From the NCBI RefSeq assembly GCF_009834535.1, contig NC_045696.1:104658001-104722000 (forward strand): 64,000 nt of DNA. The letters run 5' to 3'. Of this stretch, positions 53,343-64,000 are shown one piece after another; position 1 is the stretch's first letter, and each line of letters opens with the position of its first letter. The position numbers and the translations under genes were made by a program. Source of the stretch: Camelus ferus (taxonomy: Eukaryota). A model generated the notes under the pieces. The model saw only the letters and a program-made list of their open reading frames with translations. It ran no database searches and had not been told where the DNA came from.

Positions 53343-53939
53343 AGTCATCAAGAACACTGGATGCGTGTTTACTTTACTGAGCCTTACCCTGTGGGTAAGG
53401 AGATGAATCAGACACATAATTCAAGCTGCTCACAGACTATTAGAGAAGACAGATGGGAAAGCAATAATTTCAATATAGCATGATAGATTCTATAAAAGTT
53501 GTATATCAAAAAAAATTGACTGAGCTCCCATCTCACGTCCTATTCAGAGTGACAATCATGAGAGAGAGCACAAGTATGAGAGAACTAGCCAGCAGAAGTC
53601 TATGTCTATGTCCCCCTAAGGCAGAAAGAAATTCTTCATTGTTAGAGCTTTACTTTTTAGTGAGCAAGAGCTTAATCTGCTTTTGTAAGAGAAGATCTTA
53701 ATAAGGAAAAGGCTGGAAAGCTGGGTCTACAGGATCCCTAGAGGAATCTGTGGCGACGGCAATAGTGGGTATGTATTTCAAGGGGACTAGAGAGAGCATG
53801 GCCACTTCCCCACTTCCTCCTTCATTTCCTTGTTTACCTACTTCTTCACCTGCCTGAATCATCTTCAGCTCTCTTGAATAACCATATGAGGAGCACAAGT
53901 ATGCTTTTGCTTTATTAAAGAAAGACAACTCAGGATGTT

Positions 53940-56900
53940 AGAGAACAAGATGGTGAAATGGGAACCCTCCTTTACCATGAAGACACTGATCCAGCAACAG
54001 TACATGAATGAATTCCCTTTGTGAGAAAACCAGAAGCCGGTTAGAAGGATCCTGCAGCCCAAGTGAGTGCAAAACCAGCTATTATAACTCCAAGATGTTT
54101 TATGTATGCCCCATGGTAACCACAAAGAAAATACCTACAGAGGATACACAAAAGAAAATGAGAAAGGAATCAAAGCATGTCCCTACAAAAAATCAACAAA
54201 ACACAAAGGAAGATTGCAAAAGAAAAACAGAGGGACAAAGTTGTTATAAGACAGACAGAAAAACAATGAAGAAAATAGCAAGTCCTTCCCTATTAGTAAT
54301 TACTTTAAATGTAAATGATTTAAACTCCCTAATATAAAGCCATAGAATGGCTGAATGGTTTAAAAACAAAACAAAACAAATAAGATCCCATTATATGCTG
54401 TTTACAAGAGATTCACTTTAGATTTAAGGACCCATAGAGGCTGAAAATGAAAGGATGGAAAAAGATATTCCACATAAATGTCAATCAAAAGAGAGCAAGG
54501 ATGGCCATACTTCCATCAGACAAAATAGACTTTACATCAAAACTGTCACAAGAGATAAAGAAGGACATTATATAATGATAAAAGGGCAATTCATAGAGAG
54601 GATATAACAATTATAAATATATATGAACCCAAAAACAGAGCACTCAAATATATGAAGCAAACATTGACAGAATTGAAGGAAGAAATAGACAGTAAGACAA
54701 TAATAGTAGGAGACTTCAATACCCTCCTTTAGATAATGAATAGAACATCCAGACAGAAGATCAATAAAGAAACAGCAGACTCGAACATTATAGACCAAGG
54801 GGGGCCTAACACACATATAAAGAACACTCCATCCAACAGAAGCAGATTACATATTCTCAAATGCACACAAAACATTCTCCAGGATATATTGTTTTATATC
54901 ATAAAAAGTCTTAACAAATTTAAGAAGACTGAAGTCATACCAAGTATCTTTTCTGACCACAATGTAATAAAACTAGAAATCAATAGTAGAAGACTGAATA
55001 ATTCACAAATATGTGGAAAGTAAACAACACACTCTTAAACAACCAGTGGGCCAAAGAAGAGAAAAGGAAGATTAGAAAATATCTTGAGACAAGCGAAAAT
55101 AAAAACACAGCACACAAAAACATACAAGATGCAGCAAAAGCCGTCCTAACAGGGAAGGTTGTAATAGTAAACACATAACATTAAAAAAAGAAGAAAGGTC
55201 TCAAATAAACAACAGAAATTTACATTTCAAGGGACTAGAAAAAGAAGACTAAGCCCAAAGCTAGAAGACAGAAGGAAATATTAGAGATCAGTACAGAAAT
55301 AAATGAAATAAAAAATAGAAAGGCAATAGAAAAAAAATCAATGAAACTGAGAGTTGGCTTTTTGAAAAGATCAACAAAACTGACAAACCTTTAGCTAGAC
55401 TAAGAAGAAAAAAGACTCAAACAAAATTTGAAAGAGGAGATATTTCAACGGATGCCACAGAAATAAAACAAACAATAAGAGACTGCTATAAATAAGTATG
55501 CATCCAAAATGGGATAGCCTAGAAGAAATAGATAAATTTATAGAAACATACAACCTACCAAGACTGAATTATGAAGACCTAGATAACATAAACAGACCTG
55601 TGTAGTAAGGAGATTGAACCAGTAATCAAAAACCTCCCAATAAACAAAATCACAAGATGGCTTCACTCGAGAATTCTCCCAAACGTTTAAAGAAGAATTT
55701 ATGCCAATCCTTCTCAAACGTTTCCAAAAATTGAAAAAGACGGAACACTTCCAAACTCATTTTTTGAGGCTAGCATTATCCTGATATGAAAGTCAGACAA
55801 AGACACTACAAGAAATGAAAACTACAGGCCAATATCTCTGATGAATATAAATGCAAAAATCCTCAACAATATACTGGCAAATTGAATTCAGCAACACATT
55901 AAAAAGATCATACACGAAACCCAAAAGAGATTTATCCTGGGATGCAGGGATGTTTCAACACATTAAAGTCAATAGATGAGATATACCACTTTAACAGAAT
56001 GAAGTATAAAAAAAATCACATGAATCGTCTCAATAGATGCAGGAAAAGCATTTGAAAAAATTCAACATCTTTTCATGGTAAAACACTCAACAAACTAGGA
56101 ATAGAAGGAAATTACTCAACATAATAAAGGTCATATATGAAAATACCACAACTAACATCATAATCAAAGGCAAAAAACCTGACAGCTTCTTCTCTAAGAT
56201 CAGGAGCAAGGCAAGGATGCCCACTCTCACCACTTCTATTCAGTGCAGTATTGGAAGTCCTAGCCAGGGCAATTAGGTAAGAAAAGTGAATAAAAGGCAT
56301 CCAAATCTGATAGGCAGAAGTAGAATCGTCCCTATTTGCAAACAGCATGGTCTTATGTATAGAAAGCCCTAATTATTCCACAAAAGACTGTTAGAATTAA
56401 TAAACAAATTCAGTAAATTTGCAGGATACAAATCAATATGCAAATATCATTTGTGTTTCTATACACTAACAATAAACTATCTGAAAAGAAAATTGAGTAA
56501 ACAATCCCATTTACGATAGCACCAAAAAGAATAAAATGCTGAGGAGTTAATTGAGGAAGTGAAAGATTGGAACACTAAAAACAACAAAACACTGATGAGA
56601 GAAAGTAAGGAAGACACAAACAAATGGAAAGACATCCGGTATTCATGGATTGGAAGACTTACTATTAAAATGTCTATACTATTTAGGCAATCTGTGGATT
56701 CAATACAGTCTCTATTAAAATTTCAATTTTTTTTTTGCAAAAATAGAAAAAAGTCCTAAAATTCATATGGAACCATAAAAGACCCTGAATAGTCAAAATA
56801 ATCTTGAGAAAGAAGAAAAAGCTGGAAGCTTCACACTTCCTGACTTCAAAGCATTATGATGCTACAGCAATCAAAATTGAATTGTACTATCATAAAGACA

Positions 56901-57352
56901 GATATATATATAGGGAGAGAGACAGAGCCGATAAATAGGGAGTGAAACAGAAGAAAGAGCCCAGAAATAACTTATGCATATGTAATCAAAGGATCTTTGA
57001 CAAGGGTGCCAAGACTAGAAAATAGGGAAAGAATAGTCTCTTCAACAAATGGTGCTGGAAAAACTGGATATCCACATGCACTCACAAATAATTGGACCCT
57101 TACCTTACACAATAAACAAAATCAACTCAAAATGTATTAAAAACTTAAACATAAGACCAGAAATTATAAAACTCCTAGAAGAAAATGTAGGGGAATAGCT
57201 TCACAACACGGCTCTTCACAATGATTTCTCACATACAACACCAAAAGCACAGGCAACAAAAGAAAAGTTAGACAAGTAGGACTACCCTAAATTAAAAAGC
57301 TTTTGTGTGGCAAAGGAAACAATCAGCAGAGTGAAAGGTAACCTATGGAAAC
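53940..57352 (+). mobile_element. Older L1 (L1MA-like): short 5' tip, inter-ORF region and degenerate ORF2; 3' end missing
   Basis: Endonuclease start SPSLLVITLNVNDLNS at about 54278, gtaggagacttcaat (VGDFN), tctgaccacaat (SDHN), then RT remnants with many stops. Ends at aacctatggaa. Confidence 0.9.
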
Positions 57353-57949
57353 TGGGTCATGTGGCCGCTAAAATGTGGAGAGGTGACATCTCAGACCCTT
57401 CAATAGCTCCAGCCTGTGAGTGGCTGAGTTCGAACAGAGATACCGAGTGGACCAGTGGACCATTGCTGGACTTTATTACTTTGATTATGAAGCAAGAGCA
57501 TGCCCATTGTTGGCAGGCAGTTGGAACTCAATTTTGACCAATTGTCTTTATACATTTACAAATACACATTATCATGATTTGCTCCTATATGCATCTTTAG
57601 CTCCTGGGTACCCTGGGTAGCTGGCTCCTGCCTGGGGCTATCCAGATTCCTGCACTCCTGGAACTCATGCCAAGGTTCATGGCTCTGCTCTGCAGAATTC
57701 ATCCTGCACAGCTCCACGGTGGGGCTGAGGCCTCCTTCTCTGGCTATTGGGAGGACCAAGGAGAAGCCTCTATGATCTGAACCCCCAGTGTCTTGCCTCA
57801 GGGACCTCCTTCCTTCCTCCTTTACATACAGAATGGGCGCGTGTTCTTCTCTCTATGCAGGGAGCCGCATGGTCTGCTTTGATGTTGAGCACTGTGTACT
57901 TGAATCTTGTCCTCTACCTGTTCTCCATTAGCCCATTGCTCTCATTTCC

Positions 57950-58640
57950 AATGTTTTTTCAACATATCATGATGAAAATTTTTGAACATGGAAAAAAGTT
58001 GAAAGAACTGTACAGTGGATATCCACAGTCATTTGTACAATACCCAACTGTACCCTGAATCCACCTTCATCACATATCTACACATCTATCTCATCATCAA
58101 TCCATCTTATTTTCTAATGTACTCTTTTTACTTATTTTTGCCTTTTTTCAAAATTGAAGTATAGTCAGTTTAAAACATTGTGTCAATTCCTGGCATACAG
58201 CATAATGTTTGAGTCATACATATACATGTATATATTCCAATGTGCTTTTTAAATTAAGCTTTCTATTTTGAGATAATTATAGATTCACATGCAGTTGTAA
58301 GAAATCATGTGTACTCTCTACTGAGTTTTTCCCAATAATAGCATCTTGCAAAACTATAGTATAATATCACAACCAGGATACTGACAACGATTCTACAGGC
58401 AAGATATAGAACCTTTCCAGCACCACAAGGATCCCTCATGTGACCCTTTTATAGCCATAACTGCCGTCTTCCTTTCCTCACCTCCTCCTTAATCCCTGGC
58501 AACCACTAAGGTGCTCTCCATTTCAATAATTTTGCAATTCAAAAATGTTATATAAATGGAATCATGCAGTTGTAGCCTTCTGGGATTGGCTTTTTCACTC
58601 AGCATCATGCTCTGGAGACTCAGTAAAGTATCTACAGTTC
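57950..58640 (-). mobile_element. Nested old L1 3' end fragments (L1MB/L1MC-like)
   Basis: ttttgagataattatagattcacatgcagttgtaagaaat, atccctggcaaccactaa, tataaatggaatcat, ggctttttcactcagcat. Confidence 0.8.
58131..58234 (-). mobile_element. Very short L1 3' end insertion
   Basis: aattgaagtatagtcagttt...gtgtcaattcctggcatacagc. Imperfect TSD ttctaatgtactctttt (from 58112) and ttccaatgtgcttttt (from 58235). Confidence 0.75.
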
Positions 58641-60002
58641 ATTCCCAATGTGTTTCCAAAGACATTTTCACACCCAGGGGAAGTTCTTCATGAGCTTGTG
58701 TCAATATCAGTCAATAAAATCCCTTGCAATGTTGTGGAAGGAAACATATTCTTTAGAGTCTTTCCTTTTTGAAAACAACCACCTTATGGAGGTTTTGACA
58801 CTTTGTGATATTGGCCACAAAGGTTTTGAAAAGTTTCCATTGTGATTTTTGTGTGTGAGAACTTGAAAAGGGAATAAAAATGTCAGTGGCCATATTCATC
58901 TTGCATAAAATATTTGAACTTCATGCTGCTCTAAAAGAATAAATTGTCTCTGTAATAAGACATGGGTAATTAAACAAGCAAGAGAAGCAATTGGTGTAGC
59001 TGGAGTTGAACAGAAGCAGTCCAACTGAAGTAATGTAATCACACCCTAGGAACCCGGGGAGGGGGTATGCCTGGGAGAGGTGACTAGTTTATGCTTCTTT
59101 ATATAATGTATAGGGGAAGTGTAATTTAATTTGCAAACAGCAATCTTTAGAAATCAATTAGGAGTTTATTCCAAAGAGAGCAAACACCAGTCAGTGATTT
59201 GTAGACTTCTCTACAAGAGGAGGGACGTTTAGCATTTAGTTCTCAAGTCTTGCCCTCCACCTCTTGCCAGGACTGACTCCTGGTGGGGTGGGGGAAGGAT
59301 GTGGTGAGGCCACAAGGAGAGGAGTCCCTCTTTGCAAGTAGCCCTTGTTCGGGCTCCTTGGTGGAAGAACATACCCTGGTACTTCTCACTATAGTGTGGA
59401 CTTGCTTTTTCAGTCGTCTTGAGTCAGCATTTTCCTTCATGTCTCACTCAGAACATAGAAAACAGGCAGTCAGCCTAATAGGAATTAGCAGGTAAAGATT
59501 TCACAGTCATGTGAGTTTGGGGAATGCTGGTTTAATCAAAGTTAAGCAGGCATCTTTACCTCAGGACTGCTCAGACCCTCTGATATGAGACTGCACAGGA
59601 GATCTACAGATTATTATAAGCAAGAGTATACAGTTATAATGACCGATTATAAGATTATAATCAGGTTTTTTTTTTTAACTTATGTGACCAAAGGGCTTAG
59701 TTTTCTCGTGAAGCTTCACCCAGACAAAAGTGCTCTGGGTCCCACTCTGAGCAGGGCTGACCTGCTTGGCTCTGACTGTGGGGCCTGTTGCATATGAACA
59801 CAAAAAGATACTCTCCACGCTGGGGGAAGGGGGCTTCCCATTGTGTTCTCCAGTGTATCTCCACTCCCTAGGACACTGCCTGGCTCTTAAGACAGTGCTC
59901 ATGGAATGCTGGTTGAATGACTAAAAATAATAACCGTTATCGCTTAAAGTCCAGGAATTATGGTAAACTTTTTTCACGTATTATCTCTTTTAACTCTCAG
60001 AA

Positions 60003-60365
60003 CAGAAAGAGAAGTATCATATGATATCATTTATATGTGAAATGTAAAAAATGATATAAATGAACTTATTTACCAAACAGAAACAGACTCAGCATAGAAA
60101 ACAAACTTATGGTTACCAAAGGGGAAAAGGGGGGAAGGGATAAACTAGGAGTTTGGGATTGGCAGACACAGACTACTATATATAAAAGAGATAAACAGCA
60201 AGGTCCTACTGTATAGCACAGGGAACCATATTCAATATCTTGTAATAAACTATGATGGAAAAGAATCTAAAAAAGATATGTATGTAACTGAGTCCATTTG
60301 CTGCACACTGGAAACAAACACAACATTGTAAACCGACTATACTTCAATCTAAAAAAAAAAAAAAA
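60003..60365 (+). mobile_element. L1 3' end inserted into a minus-strand MIR (MIR about 59925-60002 and 60366-60535)
   Basis: L1 3' UTR with poly(A) at 60351-60365. The MIR reads ttaactctcag before the insertion and caaccctg...agatgagaaaactgagg after it. Confidence 0.88.
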
Positions 60366-60846
60366 GCAACCCTGATATGGAGAACTAGGTCTCAATTACT
60401 CCCTTCTATAGATGAGAAAACTGAGGGTTATGATGGTTCAATAATCTGCCCAAGTTCACACAGATAGGAAGGGGCAGGCAGGCGTTGAATCCAGGTTATA
60501 TGACCCCACAGCCCACACTGGTAACTGTTCCTCTGCATTGCTTCTAGGAAGGAACAGATACATAAAGAAATGAATATACAAAACCCATCCAGGTATCACT
60601 CACAGGAAGGGAGCTAGCCCAAGTGGCCCCGCCAAAACACCCCACTCTTCTGAGCTAACTCCTCCGTGGCAGTGGCCTTCCAGAGTCCTCAGGGACAACA
60701 CACATTTCCAGAACCTTTCTGGCTGCAGAGACTGGCACACATGCCGGTGAGAACTGCATCATCATCAAGAACCAAAGTCACTGGAAATTCTTGGTTTGAC
60801 CTTCATTTAGTTACATGTGGTTCTCTTCAAAAGAGTCCACACTGAA

Positions 60847-61569
60847 GAAAAGGGAACCCTCCTACACTTTAGGTGAGACTATAGTTTGGTGGAGCCATTA
60901 TGGAAAACAGTATAGAGATTCCTTAAAAACCTGAAAACAGACTTACCCTATGATCCAACAGTCCCACTTCTGGGTATATATCTGGAGAGAACTCTAATTC
61001 AAAAAGATACAGGCACCCCCATGTTCATAGCAGCACTATTTACAATAGCCAAGACGTGGAAACAACTTAAATGTCCATCAACAGATGACTGGATAAAGAA
61101 ACTGTGGTATATTTATACAATGGAATACTACTCAGCCATAAAAAATAAAATAATGCCATTTGCATCAACATGGATGGATCTAGATATCATCATACTAAGT
61201 GAAGTTAGACAAAGACAAATATACATATACATGGAATTTTTAAAAAAAGATACAAATGAACTTATTTACAAAACAGAGACAGAATCACAGACATAGAAAA
61301 CAAACATGGTTATGGGGAGGAGAAAGGTGGGGAGGGAGAAATTAGGAGTTCAGGATTTGCAGATATACACTACTATATAAAAATAGATAAACAGCAAGGT
61401 CCTACCGTATAGCACAAGGAACTATATTCAAGACATTGTAAAGGTCTATAATGAAAAAGCATATGAAAAGGAATATGTGTATATATATATATATGTGTGT
61501 AACTGAATCACTATGCTGTACACCAGAAATTAACACAATATTGTAAATCGACTATACTTCAGTTAAAAA
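60847..61569 (+). mobile_element. 5'-truncated L1 (ORF2 C-terminus and 3' UTR)
   Basis: Peptide [15 protein letters not shown]. 18-bp TSD aaaagagtccacactgaa 60829-60846 and aaaagagttcacactgaa 61570-61587. Confidence 0.95.
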
Positions 61570-62121
61570 AAAAGAGTTCACACTGAACACTGAGGCATTT
61601 GGAATCAAAGAGTCATGGGAACACAGGTTACAGGGTCGGGGATGAAGGCCTTGGAAGCAATTAAATAATCACTAAGGCTTCCAAACAGGATTAGGAGTAT
61701 TTATTTTAGCACAGTAGATGGACCCAGGAGAGAAGATGGCTCAACCTCTCGACGATCCCAGGATGTCTACGGGGCACTTCCTTGCAGCCCCATGGCAGAC
61801 AGGGCATAATGAGCTCACCCAGGAAGGTGGGCGCTGATGAGGTAAAAAGCCAAGCACCGAGAGGCATTCTGCGGAGGATTCCTCTTTGGAGATGGGAAGT
61901 GCCTCTCTCAGAGAGTGCTGAGTTAGTGCCCCAGTACTCAAGGGTCCCTTCAGCTGTCCAAAGGCCAGCCCAGGTGGTGGTGGGGGGGCTCACTTTTGCT
62001 TCATCCTGTTGATGGCTTCTCCATGCATCTTATGTTGACTCCAGGTAAGAAGTCAGCTCTGACCCAGGGAGAGATGGCCATTTGGGTGAGTAAGACTTTT
62101 CTTGGTCAACCTGACTGCAAC

Positions 62122-62378
62122 TCAGCAGTGGACAGTGGTTAAGAGGAAAGATTTTCAAGCCAGACTCCCTGAGCTTGATTCTTAACCCTGCTACTTCTTA
62201 AGTGTGTCTGCTTTGAGTAAGTTATTTCCTTTCTCTGGGTCTCGGTGTTCCCATCTCTACAACTGGGATAAAAACAGCCGCATCTCTTAAGATTAATCTC
62301 GGCAAGGATGAATACAAAAGCGATGTGAGGCAGTTACATGTAAGATCTGGTATGTGAGTGTTGGCCACAGCCATTGTC
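62122..62378 (+). mobile_element. Near full-length MIR SINE
   Basis: cagtggttaagag...agccagact...ctgctactt...catctctacaactgggata. Confidence 0.8.
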
Positions 62379-62383
62379 ATTCC

Positions 62384-62714
62384 AGGTCTACATTTCCTAT
62401 CCAAAATCTCTGAAGCCAAATGAGAAACAAAATTCAGATTTTTCTGGTGTTTAGGAAGGTAACATGATGTACCCAATTTATATTATGTTGCACTTCCTGT
62501 GGGATTGAGGGCAGTATCTTACCAATGAAACATGTTAACATTTCTGTAGCTAAATATAGAAACATTTACATTAAGTGAGATAAATAAATATTATAAATAC
62601 CTTTATATCATTTTAGTAGGATTTTTCCATCCAATGAGTTTTGGCATCAAACTTATGAAATGACTTCCAGTTTTCAAAGCTCTTTTGGGTTTCGGATAAA
62701 GATGGGTTGACTTG
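62384..62714. mobile_element. MER46C-like Tigger DNA transposon
   Basis: Imperfect inverted ends caggtctacatttcctatccaaaa and tttcggataaagatgggttgacttg. About 330 bp. Confidence 0.65.
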
Positions 62715-64000
62715 TCTCCCCGGTACTACTGCAATGGCTTGCCAGTCTAAACCAGTCATGGCCCCTGCTTAACAGTTGGTCCCCTGGACAGAGTGCTTCC
62801 TCTGAGTCATGTGGGCAGCCTGATGCAGTCATGGACCAACACGGGGGATGTAGTGAAAAGTGGTTCAAGAAATATCTTCTCAAGGCTCTGAAGTCCAGAG
62901 ACGTGCTGGCAGCTGAGCAAGGCTGGGTGGGCTTCACATCCGTCCACTCACTTAGTAAACATTTACTGTGGACCTATGGTGTGCCAGGCCCCCTATGGCC
63001 AGAAGTCCACAGAGTCACAATGATCTAGAGTTGACAAGTGATGGCACACTTGGAGCCAGGCCAAGTGTTGTGCTGTGCACTTGACCTGTTCAGCAGACCG
63101 GATTCCTCCTTCCCTCCCTCCTGAGGCCTATGGAGGCTGCCCTGACTCTTTACCCAGGCCCAGGATTCCAGCTCTTAAAGTCTGAGAAATAACCCCTATA
63201 GGTTTCCTCATGCTCCATGAAAGAATATTTATCCTCAGCCCATAAAAGCATCAAGCAGGGTTACCTGCCAGCCCTAACGTTAGCTAGACTGGGACGCAGC
63301 TGCTCACTTGTCAGCATCTGCTCCCCCAAACTACGTGAAAATGCCACCAAGATGTCATTCTTTGCAGTAGAAGACTGAATGGACCAAGACCTGCCTATCC
63401 AGGACCACTTATTAAGCCTGCCCAGGGAGGCCTGGAGTCCTTGGGCCGTCATTGTGTTAAACAGAGGCCCAGAAGGTGGGCTTCTCCCCTGGGACCTCCT
63501 GTGGATATGGGGATCAGTGCCCACCCAGCATTGTGTCCTCCCCTCCTGAGCACAATCCTGTCATTCAAGACGTGCTCTGAGTTCTAGCTGCTGAGGAAGG
63601 AGCAGAAGAGGGGAGAGCCCACGGGAGACACTAAAGGCTGTGCTTGCAATCACAGTGACCTCCAGAATGGCCCTATTTTGGAGCCCCGAACTGTCCTGCT
63701 GTTTACTCTTAACTTCTGAAACTGATGCTACTTTGCTGTATCACACATAAGGGAACTGGGAAGTGGAGAGGGAAAGCAATGACCATGGTGGCCTAGGCTG
63801 TGATCCGGATCTACGAGAGACCCAGGCTTTAGACAAGAGACACAAGCCGGCATCCTTACACTCTGAGCCCCACGCTACTGGAGGCAGTGCACGCTGCTAA
63901 GATCAGAGGCACAAAAGGTCCTGTAATAGTGAAATACTTCCTGAGCCACCAACCTGGCTAAAGCCTTTTCTCATGAAAAGCACGAGCCAAACTGCACAAC

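Noticed and set aside
1..64000. Prokaryote-type systems (CRISPR, retron, operons) and tRNA/rRNA genes
   Set aside because: The DNA is mammalian, all RT sequences are LINE-1, and I saw no repeat-spacer array or structured RNA gene.

Overview
This is mammalian genomic DNA, not microbial. It is rich in interspersed repeats, and I could not identify an intact host protein-coding exon. The LINE-1 3' UTRs and the lack of recognisable Alu, Bov-tA, PRE or Can SINEs suggest a cetartiodactyl, possibly a camelid (inference). The window holds about 17 LINE-1 insertions of several ages, many with visible target-site duplications (TSDs). It also holds two ERV1-type solo LTRs, MLT2 and LTR16-like ERVL LTRs, fossil DNA transposons (MER82, MER58A, MER5A, MER94, MER46C-like), many MIR/L2 relics, microsatellites and one processed RPL17 pseudogene (28344-28921). 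The most unusual features are rearranged L1s. (i) A TSD-flanked L1 keeps its 5' UTR, ORF1 and 3' end but lacks almost all of ORF2 (20415-23353). (ii) A young chimeric L1 has an 838-aa open ORF2 preceded, in frame, by a diverged second copy of the ORF2 C-terminal region (49461-52819). (iii) An older L1 has its 5' tip joined directly to the inter-ORF region (53940-57352). (iv) An internal ORF2 fragment without a poly(A) tail splits a MIR (9481-10375). Long retroelements are strongly biased to the + strand, hinting that the window is an intron of a minus-strand gene. Repeat family names are from recalled consensus sequences, and boundaries of old repeats are approximate.
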